Positions 55,588 to 64,000 of a stretch of DNA of 64,000 nt are shown piece by piece. The number at the start of each line of letters is the position of its first letter. The first letter of the stretch is position 1. A program made the position numbers and the translations under genes. The notes under the pieces were generated by a model that had not been told where the DNA came from, ran no database searches, and saw only the letters and a program-made list of their open reading frames with translations. The stretch is from Clostridia bacterium (GTDB taxonomy: Bacteria > Bacillota > Clostridia > DUPQ01), in assembly GCA_016935835.1 (NCBI GenBank), contig JAFGQE010000024.1, positions 12,338 through 76,337 of the forward strand, given 5' to 3'.

Positions 55588-58587
55588 ATGATTTTTCGAA
55601 ACAGTGTAAAAAATATAATCCGTTCAGGAAAGAAAACAGCGTTGTTTATAATCCTGATAACAATCCTGACCTCAACCCTTTGCCTTGGCCTGAGCATTTG
55701 GATATCCGCGGACCAGTTCCTTTTGGAATGCAATGCCAATTATATGACCATCGGTCTTCTTGAATACATGGGTCCCGAGTATCCCGACGAATCCGTTTTT
55801 GATGAAGGAATGAGCAATGCGATCTCAGATTTTGATTTTTCATTGATATCCGGGAATGAAAATGTTTTATTATGGGAAAGGTCCGCCCGGGCGCTTGGCT
55901 ACATCGAGGGCCTTGTACGCACGGATGTTTACGCCCCGCTCAGAGAATCCGGGGTTGTCATTGTAAGCAATATAGGAAATTTCAATAATTACTCCCCCAA
56001 AATCGCGGTGATTGAAAAATCACTTTTTTCCACAAGGAATCCTGACGGGAAAATGGTGCTGATAGAACCGGACGGATTTGAATTAAAGCCCGGGCGTTCA
56101 TATGTGCTCAACGGGAGCTTCACAACGGGCAAAACATCCTATATGTACTTCGTGGTCACCCCTTTTGTCAATAAAGCCGCTTCCAACGGCGGATTTATAG
56201 GCGAAGATTCCATTAAGGCGGATGATATAACCGGTAAAATCCCTTTCAGCCTTTCGGACGAAAGTAATATTTTTAATAAAATCGCTCGAACATACAGTGT
56301 CATCAACAACAGTGTTTCGGTGCATTCCACGCGGAATCTGAACTCCTTGCCGGATTTTCATCAGCAGCGGCTTTTCATTGAAAAGGGAAGGGACTTCACA
56401 ACTGAGGAGTACGAATCAGGTGCTAAGGTCTGCATAGTATCGGAACTTGTCGCCGCTTCCCTGGGAAAAGGGATCGGAGACAGTATCGAACTATCCATTG
56501 CCATATCGGAAGATACACCGTTTTTTGAAAGCTATTGGGTAGATTCGGGGTTTACCCACAGCGGGACGTATGAAATAACAGGCATATGCAATTCAACCGG
56601 CAAAATGTCATATGATGTATTTATTCCCGCTAACAGCGATGTTGACTTTACGGTTAATCAGATTGGCTACACACTGGGTCAGGCTGTGATTGCCAATGAC
56701 AGGGCCGGTCTTTTTTATGATGAAATCAATCCATTGCTCCCTGACAGGATGAGGCTGACAATATATGACCAGGGTTATGCCTCCGTTGCGGAACCATTTG
56801 AAAAGGTAAGGCGGATTGCCTTTATAATCACGCTGGCATGCGTAATTGTCAGTCTTGCCGTTCTAGCGCTCTTTGGATTTTTATTCGTGTACAGGCAGCG
56901 CGATACAGCCGATATCATGATTAAGCTGGGAACTGGCAAAAGACGCGTATACAGATATTTTTTATACGGCTCAGGCCTTATATCTTTATTTGCGGCGGCC
57001 TTGGGTTCCGCGGCCGGTTTCTATCTGTCTGGATTTGCAACCGGGCTTGTTAATTCCACTGCCTTGAATTACAGCGTATCCGACACCAGGTACAGCATCG
57101 GCAGCCTTTCCATCCAAAAACCCCTTGAGTGGATACCGGACATTGAATACGGTGTGTTCGGGTTAACCGCGCTGTGCCTGCTGCTTGTCTCCCTGATAAG
57201 CTGCCTTTCATTTGCCACGGTTATCCTTGCCCGCAAAAATAAAAAACCAAGGGGTAAGAAGAGAAAGCCCCCATTGCCGTCAGTCAAAGGCCTTGCCCTG
57301 TCCGGGATTTCCGGAGGCCCTTTCAAATATTCGTTAGTCTCCATCTTCCGCGGTGGACAGCGCAGCATAATAACCATTTGTGTCGCCCTCTCGTCCGTTA
57401 TATTCCTTAACCAGCTTGCCCATACATCCGGGGGATACAATGCCCGGCTTTTGGAAATATATGAGGATTCTGTGATAACCGGCCAGTTCATGGACTCCGG
57501 CGGAATCTATCACAACAAGCTCTCCCTGGAAGCTTTCCAATTGAATGATCTATATAACTCCGGATACGTTGACAGCCTTCATCTTTCCCGGGAAGTCCCA
57601 TATTATTATCTTGGAAGACCGGATCCGAAGGGCGAAGATGAAAATCCGCTTACGTTTGTTCTTCCCAAGGAATTTGCACTGGAAACCTTCCTCGACAAGC
57701 TTACGGCCGGTCCTAAGATCATATATACCAACAGTATCTCGGCATCGCCTGAATTCATATACAGCACTGGGCTTTCCGTCGAATATCTGCAAGGCTTTGA
57801 CGAATCATTTCTCGCTCAAAAACCTGACGGGATTCCAAACTGCCTGGTTTCCACTGATTTCATGGAGGAAACCGGATCCCGGCCGGGTGATGTAATCAGG
57901 GTTTTAATATGGACTTACAAGGGCATCGAGCATGATATGAAGATTGTCGGAAGTTATGTAAAGGAAGGAAAAAAGGACAATATATACTGTCAGCTCGGTG
58001 TGTATGTCGACCTTGATTTGCTTTATAGCAGCGACCCCGGGGCAAACGAGGATCTGTATAGTTATTATTTTGACAGTGCAAATTTCGTCATTTCGGATGC
58101 ATCGAAAATTGACGATTTCAAAACATATCTGTATGATTACGGCTATTCTGAGGTTAACAATTTCCGTTCAATCCGGCAATTCATCGTATTGGACGACAAG
58201 AGCTTCAACAGCATGAAAAACGGCATTTATCAGAAGATCCGGCACACTAAGGTACTGCACCCCTTCCTTTATACATTGACCGGCATTATCGCATTTGTTC
58301 TGTCCTATCTTCTTATTGCAAGCCGCAAGAAAGAGCTGGCTTTGATGCGCGGCCTCGGCGCCGGTAAATTTACGATATTCCTGTCGTTTTTTATTGAGCA
58401 GGCGCTGCTGTGCCTGATTGGCTGTGCCCTGGGAATAGCCGGATGGACATTGTTTGCCGGCAGGTTGGATGAATTGCAGCAATTACTGGCCCTGGGATAT
58501 ATCGCATGCTATTTCCTGGGCACTGCGACCGCAATTGTGATTATGAACCATACCGTCGTTCTTTCAATATTGAACGAAGAGGATTAG
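55588..58587 (+). CDS. large MacB-like ABC transporter permease with two FtsX modules and large extracytoplasmic domains
   Basis: About 1000 aa. Two repeats of TM + large loop + 3 TM, which is the FtsX/MacB architecture. An ATPase gene follows directly. Confidence 0.7.
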   Translation: MIFRNSVKNIIRSGKKTALFIILITILTSTLCLGLSIWISADQFLLECNANYMTIGLLEYMGPEYPDESVFDEGMSNAISDFDFSLISGNENVLLWERSARALGYIEGLVRTDVYAPLRESGVVIVSNIGNFNNYSPKIAVIEKSLFSTRNPDGKMVLIEPDGFELKPGRSYVLNGSFTTGKTSYMYFVVTPFVNKAASNGGFIGEDSIKADDITGKIPFSLSDESNIFNKIARTYSVINNSVSVHSTRNLNSLPDFHQQRLFIEKGRDFTTEEYESGAKVCIVSELVAASLGKGIGDSIELSIAISEDTPFFESYWVDSGFTHSGTYEITGICNSTGKMSYDVFIPANSDVDFTVNQIGYTLGQAVIANDRAGLFYDEINPLLPDRMRLTIYDQGYASVAEPFEKVRRIAFIITLACVIVSLAVLALFGFLFVYRQRDTADIMIKLGTGKRRVYRYFLYGSGLISLFAAALGSAAGFYLSGFATGLVNSTALNYSVSDTRYSIGSLSIQKPLEWIPDIEYGVFGLTALCLLLVSLISCLSFATVILARKNKKPRGKKRKPPLPSVKGLALSGISGGPFKYSLVSIFRGGQRSIITICVALSSVIFLNQLAHTSGGYNARLLEIYEDSVITGQFMDSGGIYHNKLSLEAFQLNDLYNSGYVDSLHLSREVPYYYLGRPDPKGEDENPLTFVLPKEFALETFLDKLTAGPKIIYTNSISASPEFIYSTGLSVEYLQGFDESFLAQKPDGIPNCLVSTDFMEETGSRPGDVIRVLIWTYKGIEHDMKIVGSYVKEGKKDNIYCQLGVYVDLDLLYSSDPGANEDLYSYYFDSANFVISDASKIDDFKTYLYDYGYSEVNNFRSIRQFIVLDDKSFNSMKNGIYQKIRHTKVLHPFLYTLTGIIAFVLSYLLIASRKKELALMRGLGAGKFTIFLSFFIEQALLCLIGCALGIAGWTLFAGRLDELQQLLALGYIACYFLGTATAIVIMNHTVVLSILNEED

Positions 58588-58599
58588 AAAGGATTTATC

Positions 58600-59271
58600 A
58601 TGGCAATACTTGAATTAAAAAATGTAAGCTACAGCTATAACAACCTTCACCATCCCGTCGAGGCAATCAAGGATATGAGTCATTCATTTGAACGCGGAAA
58701 GGTTTACGCAATCGTTGGAAAATCCGGCAGCGGGAAGAGTACCCTGCTGTCGCTGCTTGCCGGCCTTGACACCCCCCATTCGGGAAAGATTTTCTTTGAA
58801 GGCATCGCAACAGCCGACATGGACCTTGATGAATACCGGCGGACTTGCACAGCCGTCATTTATCAGAATTTCCGTCTCTTCCCTCTTCTTACGGCATTGG
58901 AGAATGTAATGTACCCGATGGAATTATGCAATCTGAAAGGCAGAAAAGCCGAGAATACCGCCATTGGCCTTTTGGAAAAAGTCGCCCTGCCCGTCAATGC
59001 CCGGGACCGTTTTCCGGGTATGCTCAGCGGCGGCGAGCAACAACGGGTTGCGATTGCACGGGCTCTTTCCATGAACAGGCGTGTGATACTTGCCGATGAA
59101 CCGACCGGAAACCTGGACACGGAAAATGGAGACAATATAATTGAAATTCTGATAAATCTGGCCCATGAGGATAATTACTGTGTCCTGATAGCCACCCATG
59201 ACCTTAACATAATCCAAAAAACAGACGAAGTCCTTTATATCTCCGATGGAAAAATCGCAGGGCATGAATAG
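58600..59271 (+). CDS. ABC transporter ATP-binding protein (MacB/LolD-type)
   Basis: Walker A 'GKSGSGKST', signature 'LSGGEQQR' and Walker B '[11 protein letters not shown]'. Confidence 0.85.
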   Translation: MAILELKNVSYSYNNLHHPVEAIKDMSHSFERGKVYAIVGKSGSGKSTLLSLLAGLDTPHSGKIFFEGIATADMDLDEYRRTCTAVIYQNFRLFPLLTALENVMYPMELCNLKGRKAENTAIGLLEKVALPVNARDRFPGMLSGGEQQRVAIARALSMNRRVILADEPTGNLDTENGDNIIEILINLAHEDNYCVLIATHDLNIIQKTDEVLYISDGKIAGHE

Positions 59272-59324
59272 AAATTAACTATACATGGGTTTGCGGTTTC
59301 GTTGTTGTCGACCAATATAGACTT

Positions 59325-59897
59325 TTATTTGAAATCCGCGATCTTATCCGACTTGACACCCTTGTTGTCAATATAATAAATTTGTATATTGTATGGTTCC
59401 GAAACATTGAACCATGTGATTATTGAACCGATTAGATTTTCGACCGAACCGCTTCCGCCAAGGGAATACTCCGGGTTACCCGTCAGGAACACCGCGGGAT
59501 TCCTTCCTTCAGCTATGCTCCCTCCCGAAGGGGTGTCCGCAGCCAGGATCTTTTTGCTCCTTGAAACCGGATTCAATATGGAGTCCTTGTTGCTGTTGAC
59601 CTGCCAGTTTTCGAGTTCTTTTTCAAGGAAATTATTAAGACTGTCCTCGTTATAGTCAAAATCCCCTCCGCTTCTTTCCGAATACCTGTTTTCACCGTCA
59701 TATTTATATATATTGAAAGCTATAAGCTTCACGATATATGTGCTGTTGTATTTAAGGACGGCATGCCTCGCGTTGTCGGTTACATCCACGAAAAGGGGAA
59801 CGGCTATGGCCACCAGGATAGCCAGTATAACCACCACGATCAGAACTTCTACAAGCGTAAATCCCTTTTTGTCCGGCGAGCATAATATTCGCTTCAT
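59325..59897 (-). CDS. prepilin-type N-terminal cleavage/methylation domain protein (type IV pilin / pseudopilin-like)
   Basis: 'KKGFTLVEVLIVVVILAILVAIAVP' class-III signal with E at +5. RBS GGAGGA. Confidence 0.7.
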   Translation of the reverse strand: MKRILCSPDKKGFTLVEVLIVVVILAILVAIAVPLFVDVTDNARHAVLKYNSTYIVKLIAFNIYKYDGENRYSERSGGDFDYNEDSLNNFLEKELENWQVNSNKDSILNPVSRSKKILAADTPSGGSIAEGRNPAVFLTGNPEYSLGGSGSVENLIGSIITWFNVSEPYNIQIYYIDNKGVKSDKIADFK

Positions 59898-60014
59898 CCT
59901 GTCCTCCGAATCAAAAATGTTTTTTTACTGCAGATAGCAAAGAAAAAACTGCCACTGCAATTATATCACGACTCAGTTGGATTACAAACATAGATTCCCG
60001 TGATTCGTCCTGTT

Positions 60015-61256
60015 TTAATCATAAGTGCCCGAAAAATCCATCCTTACCACCATAACCTCACCCGGGAATTCATCAACGGGAAGGTTGTGAAGCCTAAGGA
60101 ACGGTCCGTCCTCATCGAATGTGGACGGGGTGGTTTCCACCAGGGCATCAATTTTTTTCATGTTATTGAGGAGGATGGCGTTTTTTGGGGCTTTTTTCAT
60201 GGGTTTCAGCCAGACCACCGAGCTTTTTGGGAATCTATACATATGAACATAGACGAATCCGTCCTTTTTTGTTAAAAGAACATCCCTGTTTGCTGTGAGT
60301 CCCGGAACAGGTTGCGCACCCTCAAAGGCTTCCTTTGTCCTTGAATACCATTCCCCCAGCTTTTCCAATATTTTTTTTGCCTCCCGGGGGAAATTCCCAT
60401 CGGAGTCGGGGCCGGCATTAAGAAGATAATTCCCGCCTTTTGCAAGTATCTTGTCTATGCTTTCAATCAGATACCTTATGCTGTAATAATCCTCATCCTT
60501 CCGGTATCCCCAGCTCTCGGTCCCCGTAGACTGGCATGCTTCCGTCGGGAACCCAAAACTTTGGTCGCTGTCCACATATTCATACCAATCCCTTTCCGGC
60601 GTCCTGAAATCCCCTTCGCCAAAGCCCCTGCCGTTGATCAGTATCCCGGGTTGCATTTGTCTTATCATTTCATTCAAGGAGTCGTCCTTATAATCAAGTA
60701 CATGCCCCGAATCCCACCAGAATTCGTAAATTTTGCCGTAATTTGTGCAAAGCTCCTTTATCTGCCGCTTCATGAAACCGATATATTCATCCAGATCCGG
60801 TTTGTCACCTTCCTCCGCCTCCTTCAATTCATACGGGTGTCCGTAAAAAGGATAGTTGCGCTGGTTTCTGTCAATTGTTGAATAATATACTGCAAGCGGG
60901 AATTTGCGTCTTTGGCATTCATCGGCAAGCTGCTTTAAAATATCCTTTCCATATGGAGTATTCATTATATTGAATTTTGTTGCCTGTGTATCGAACATGC
61001 AAAACCCGTCAATATGCTTGGCAGTAAAACATATATAACTCATTCCGGCGGCAACCGCCATATCAACCCACTCCGACGGATCAAATTCACGCGGATTGAA
61101 TTTTTCAGCCAGTTTTGCATATTCATTTCTCTTCATGTTTTTCCGATATCCGTGCTGCTCATGCCAGGCCTCCACGGAATATATGCCCCAGTGAATGAAC
61201 AGCCCCAGCCTGTTGTCAAAAAACCTGTCCCGGCTATCATTGAAATATGCTTTCAT
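60015..61256 (-). CDS. GH29 alpha-L-fucosidase
   Basis: 'GLFIHWGIYS', 'AKHIDGFCMFDT' and 'WWDSGH' GH29 signatures. RBS GGAGGT. Confidence 0.8.
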   Translation of the reverse strand: MKAYFNDSRDRFFDNRLGLFIHWGIYSVEAWHEQHGYRKNMKRNEYAKLAEKFNPREFDPSEWVDMAVAAGMSYICFTAKHIDGFCMFDTQATKFNIMNTPYGKDILKQLADECQRRKFPLAVYYSTIDRNQRNYPFYGHPYELKEAEEGDKPDLDEYIGFMKRQIKELCTNYGKIYEFWWDSGHVLDYKDDSLNEMIRQMQPGILINGRGFGEGDFRTPERDWYEYVDSDQSFGFPTEACQSTGTESWGYRKDEDYYSIRYLIESIDKILAKGGNYLLNAGPDSDGNFPREAKKILEKLGEWYSRTKEAFEGAQPVPGLTANRDVLLTKKDGFVYVHMYRFPKSSVVWLKPMKKAPKNAILLNNMKKIDALVETTPSTFDEDGPFLRLHNLPVDEFPGEVMVVRMDFSGTYD

Positions 61257-61396
61257 AGTAACCTCCGCATGTTCTCATTCTACCACATTGACCCGCCTGC
61301 GCATTTGTTCACATTATGTTTTTGGGATCCCGACCCTTGCCGCCGCCTGTTTTTCATGTTACTGTTCTTTCAAAGTATACTATTCCGGAGGAACAG

Positions 61397-62491
61397 ATGA
61401 ATTCGCGCGAACGTTTCATTGCCACATTTGATTTTCGAAAAACCGACAGGCCCTTCCGCTGGGAAACCCCCGGGGCCTGGGCGGCGACAATACAGCGATG
61501 GACAAGGGAAGGCTTTGAAAAACCGGCGGGGGTAAGATTTTCAGATTTTTTCGGAATGGATTCCATGGAATGGCTTCCGTTCAAGGGCGGATGGGTCGGA
61601 AACCCATACCACCCCATGTTTGAAAAACAATTCCTTTCTGACGATGGTGAAAACATCATACTTGTAGACAACTATGGGATAACAAAGAAAGAACGCAAGG
61701 AGAACCCGGAGACATCAATGCCCCAGTTCCTCGATTTCCCCGTAAAATCCAGGAGGGATTTTACCGAAAAAATCCTTCCGAGGCTGAATCCCGAAAGCGA
61801 CGGAAGATTTCCAAAAAACTGGAAGGAACTTGTCAAAAAATACAATGAACGGACTTTTGTACTTGGGATGTATGTAATCGGACCCTTCGGATATCTGAGA
61901 AATCTCATGGGCGACGAGGGGCTGATGTACGCCTTGCATGACGACCCGGAATTTATTCATCTGATGATGTCTTCCTGGCAGTCATTCTATACCGGTTTTA
62001 TAAACAGAGTCTGCGTTCATACAGTTTTTGATTTTGCAATGATATGGGAAGACATATGTTACTCAAACGGCCCGCTCGTCTCCCCTGCGTCGTTCAATGA
62101 ATTCATGGCGCCTTATCTGAAAAATGTTGTTTCGGTCCTTAAAAATAATGGCATCAGGGGGGTTGTGGTCGACACCGACGGGGACTGCTCCAAGATGCTG
62201 CCGATCTATATTGAATGCGGGGCAAATGGTTTTTATCCTTTCGAAGTACAGGCCGGCATGGATATCGTCGAAATACGAAAGAAATACGGCGAATCCTTTG
62301 TCATCATTGGCGGACTGGATAAGAAAACCCTCGCAATCGGGAGCGAGGCCATTAAACAGGAACTTGACCTTAAGGTTCCTTTCATGCTTTCACAAAAAGG
62401 GTATATCCCGATGCTCGACCACACGGTGCCCCCGGATGTTCCCTATGACAATTTCAGATGCTTTTTGAATTATGTGAGAACCTTCGAATAA
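61397..62491 (+). CDS. URO-D-like (uroporphyrinogen decarboxylase family) protein, function unknown
   Basis: 'NSRERFIATFDFRKTDRP' N-terminus and a URO-D-like length. RBS GGAGG. Confidence 0.55.
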   Translation: MNSRERFIATFDFRKTDRPFRWETPGAWAATIQRWTREGFEKPAGVRFSDFFGMDSMEWLPFKGGWVGNPYHPMFEKQFLSDDGENIILVDNYGITKKERKENPETSMPQFLDFPVKSRRDFTEKILPRLNPESDGRFPKNWKELVKKYNERTFVLGMYVIGPFGYLRNLMGDEGLMYALHDDPEFIHLMMSSWQSFYTGFINRVCVHTVFDFAMIWEDICYSNGPLVSPASFNEFMAPYLKNVVSVLKNNGIRGVVVDTDGDCSKMLPIYIECGANGFYPFEVQAGMDIVEIRKKYGESFVIIGGLDKKTLAIGSEAIKQELDLKVPFMLSQKGYIPMLDHTVPPDVPYDNFRCFLNYVRTFE

Positions 62492-62606
62492 GGCCCGGGT
62501 ACCGCGGTACCAGAAATCCCGGCACCGGTCGCCATTGGAAATGAAAAGAACCCGCCTGTCCATTGCTTGCTTGACAACTTGAGAAAACCGTGTGATTCAG
62601 CATTAT

Positions 62607-63227
62607 TTACTTATTGTTTTTCCTGTTCTTTATTACCTTGAGCCGGGAGAAATCCTCCCTTTCTTTTTCCTCTATATATTCCTGTATGTATTTTACGATT
62701 TCCCTGTATTTGGGAATTACGATGTTCTTGAGGGCATTCGCTCTTTTTTTTGTCTTTATTACATTTACGGCCAGCCTGTATACGGCATTTTCCACTTCCG
62801 CAAGCTCCGCCGTAAGCGCCTTCACCTCGTTGAATTTTTCATATGCCTCATCAAGGGCGGAACTCGTTCTTGAGAAACCGTACTTGGGTTCGAGCCTGGG
62901 CTTTACAAAATCAACCATCGGTATTTCGACCCCCATGATGCTTCGGAACCTTATCGAGACCGAGTCATCTTCCGGGAACGTATATCCCAGCTGCTCCACA
63001 TTGCTTATGCCCAGGGTTATATTGGCCGACTGCAGGGCGTAATATGCATCCTTGAACGTCGAATCGATTCTCGACTGAACCACCTGGGCTTTATCGATTA
63101 GGGACATCATCTCCATGGTCAGGATGTTTCTTTTTTTATCAAGAAGCTCATAACCCTGGCTTGAAAGCGAAAGGGTGTTCTTTGCCTTTATCAGGTTTCC
63201 CTTCGTTGGAGAGATTCCGGGTTCCAT
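62607..63227 (-). CDS. ntpD: V-type ATP synthase subunit D
   Basis: 206 aa coiled-coil protein 'PTKGNLIKAKNTLSL...'. It follows subunit B with abutting stop and start codons. RBS GGAGGAGG. Confidence 0.8.
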   Translation of the reverse strand: MEPGISPTKGNLIKAKNTLSLSSQGYELLDKKRNILTMEMMSLIDKAQVVQSRIDSTFKDAYYALQSANITLGISNVEQLGYTFPEDDSVSIRFRSIMGVEIPMVDFVKPRLEPKYGFSRTSSALDEAYEKFNEVKALTAELAEVENAVYRLAVNVIKTKKRANALKNIVIPKYREIVKYIQEYIEEKEREDFSRLKVIKNRKNNK

Positions 63228-64000
63228 CAGATTACCCCTCCTCCCGATTCATCGTAATATTTTTCAAACAGTTCAGGTGAAAGCCTGTCCAGCTCCTCCC
63301 TGGGAAGGCTTGATATTATTTTCCATCCGAGATCCAGTGTCTTTTCCATGTCCCGGTTCTCGTCATGAAGCTGTTTTAGGAATTTTTCCTCGAACATTCT
63401 TCCGAATTTCATGTACTTCCTGTCCGTTTCACTCAGCTCATCCTCGCCTATTACTGTTGCCAGTGCACGTACTTCCTGGACCTTTGCATATGATGCGAAC
63501 AGCTGATTAGATATGCCGGGATGGTCTTCCCTGGTCAGGCCCCCGCCTATGCTGTCTTTCATCAGCCTTGACAGCGACATCAGAATGCTTACCGGCGGAT
63601 ATATTCCCCTTTGAGACAAGTCCCTTTCGAGGACAACCTGCCCCTCGGTAATATATGCGGTAAGGTCCGGCACCGGATGGGTTATGTCATCATTCGGCAT
63701 TGTAAGTATGGGAATCTGGGTAATCGAGCCCTTCCGCCCCTCGATTATGCCGGCCCTCTCATACATTGAGGCCAGATCGCTGTACAGGTACCCGGGGAAC
63801 CCTTTCCTGCTGGGTATTTCCTCCATGGATGAGGATATTTCCCTTAGTGCTTCAGCATATGAAGTCATGTCCGTCATTATTACAAGCACATGCATTCCTT
63901 TTTCAAACGCAAGGTACTCCGCGGCGGTCAGCGCGCATCTTGGAGTCGTTATTCTTTCTACAACAGGATCATTTGCAAGATTAAGAAACATGACAACCTT
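63227..64000 (-). CDS. ntpB: V-type ATP synthase subunit B (partial; 5' end lies beyond the window)
   Basis: '...[29 protein letters not shown]...' nucleotide-binding beta-like subunit C-terminal half. Confidence 0.85.
   Translation of the reverse strand, partial: KVVMFLNLANDPVVERITTPRCALTAAEYLAFEKGMHVLVIMTDMTSYAEALREISSSMEEIPSRKGFPGYLYSDLASMYERAGIIEGRKGSITQIPILTMPNDDITHPVPDLTAYITEGQVVLERDLSQRGIYPPVSILMSLSRLMKDSIGGGLTREDHPGISNQLFASYAKVQEVRALATVIGEDELSETDRKYMKFGRMFEEKFLKQLHDENRDMEKTLDLGWKIISSLPREELDRLSPELFEKYYDESGGGVI

Noticed and set aside
62492-62606. Palindromes GGTACCGCGGTACC / CCCGGG in the gap between the URO-D-like gene and V-ATPase D, considered as a terminator
   Set aside because: They are GC palindromes without a following T-tract on either strand. 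They are more likely chance restriction-site-like palindromes than a terminator.

Overview
This looks like a chromosomal segment from an anaerobic, Firmicutes/Clostridia-type gut organism. That judgement rests on GGAGG-type ribosome-binding sites (RBS), use of TTG and GTG starts, and the presence of an [FeFe]-hydrogenase, a butyryl-CoA dehydrogenase (Bcd) / electron-transfer flavoprotein (Etf) operon, and a V-type ATPase. Gene density is high, and I saw no rRNA, tRNA, CRISPR array or obvious mobile element.

Content in order along the window:
- (a) Small transporters and redox genes: a pair of DUF606/DMT half-transporters, arsC, a nitronate monooxygenase / FabK-like flavoprotein (NPD/FabK), and a TauE/SafE exporter.
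- (b) A putative fucosidase-like glycoside hydrolase (GH), an OsmC-family protein, and an Eis-like acetyltransferase (GNAT family).
- (c) A three-gene NuoE / NuoF-GltD fusion / HydA-like operon on the minus strand. It resembles the trimeric electron-bifurcating HydABC but has two unusual features (finding 2).
- (d) ltaE, a P-II protein, bcp, a zinc-ribbon gene (zf-trcl family) with a roughly 200-nt leader, and a Crp/Fnr regulator divergent from a ferredoxin-like gene.
- (e) An M23 peptidase, a DUF4838-like putative GH, a GH92 alpha-mannosidase with a GPH symporter, a second TauE, a CDP-alcohol phosphatidyltransferase, and an N-acylglucosamine 2-epimerase (AGE) family protein.
- (f) A Bcd-EtfB-EtfA operon in which EtfA has an N-terminal ferredoxin domain. 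This resembles the caffeyl-CoA reductase CarCDE. Upstream of it sits a striking 2 x 258-bp tandem repeat full of hairpins.
- (g) A subtilisin gene, a strongly expressed-looking 44-aa Lys/Glu-rich small ORF, a cyclase, and zwf.
- (h) A roughly 15-kb, 15-gene minus-strand locus. It combines amino-sugar enzymes (NagA, NagB, a PIG-L deacetylase, a DegT aminotransferase), a neutral ceramidase, two Gfo/Idh/MocA dehydrogenases, a short-chain dehydrogenase (SDR), an aldo/keto reductase (AKR), a DapA-family aldolase, uroporphyrinogen-decarboxylase-like (URO-D-like) proteins, two tandem paralogous Cys-rich small proteins and a ROK regulator.
- (i) Two zinc-ribbon proteins, an M29 aminopeptidase, a MacB-like giant FtsX permease with its ATPase, an orphan pilin-like gene, a GH29 fucosidase, a third URO-D-like gene, and the 3' end of a V-type ATPase operon (subunits D and B).

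The most interesting items are the structured tandem repeat, the atypical Hyd/Stn-like complex, the CarCDE-like Etf complex, the ceramidase/amino-sugar super-operon and the tandem Cys-protein paralogs.
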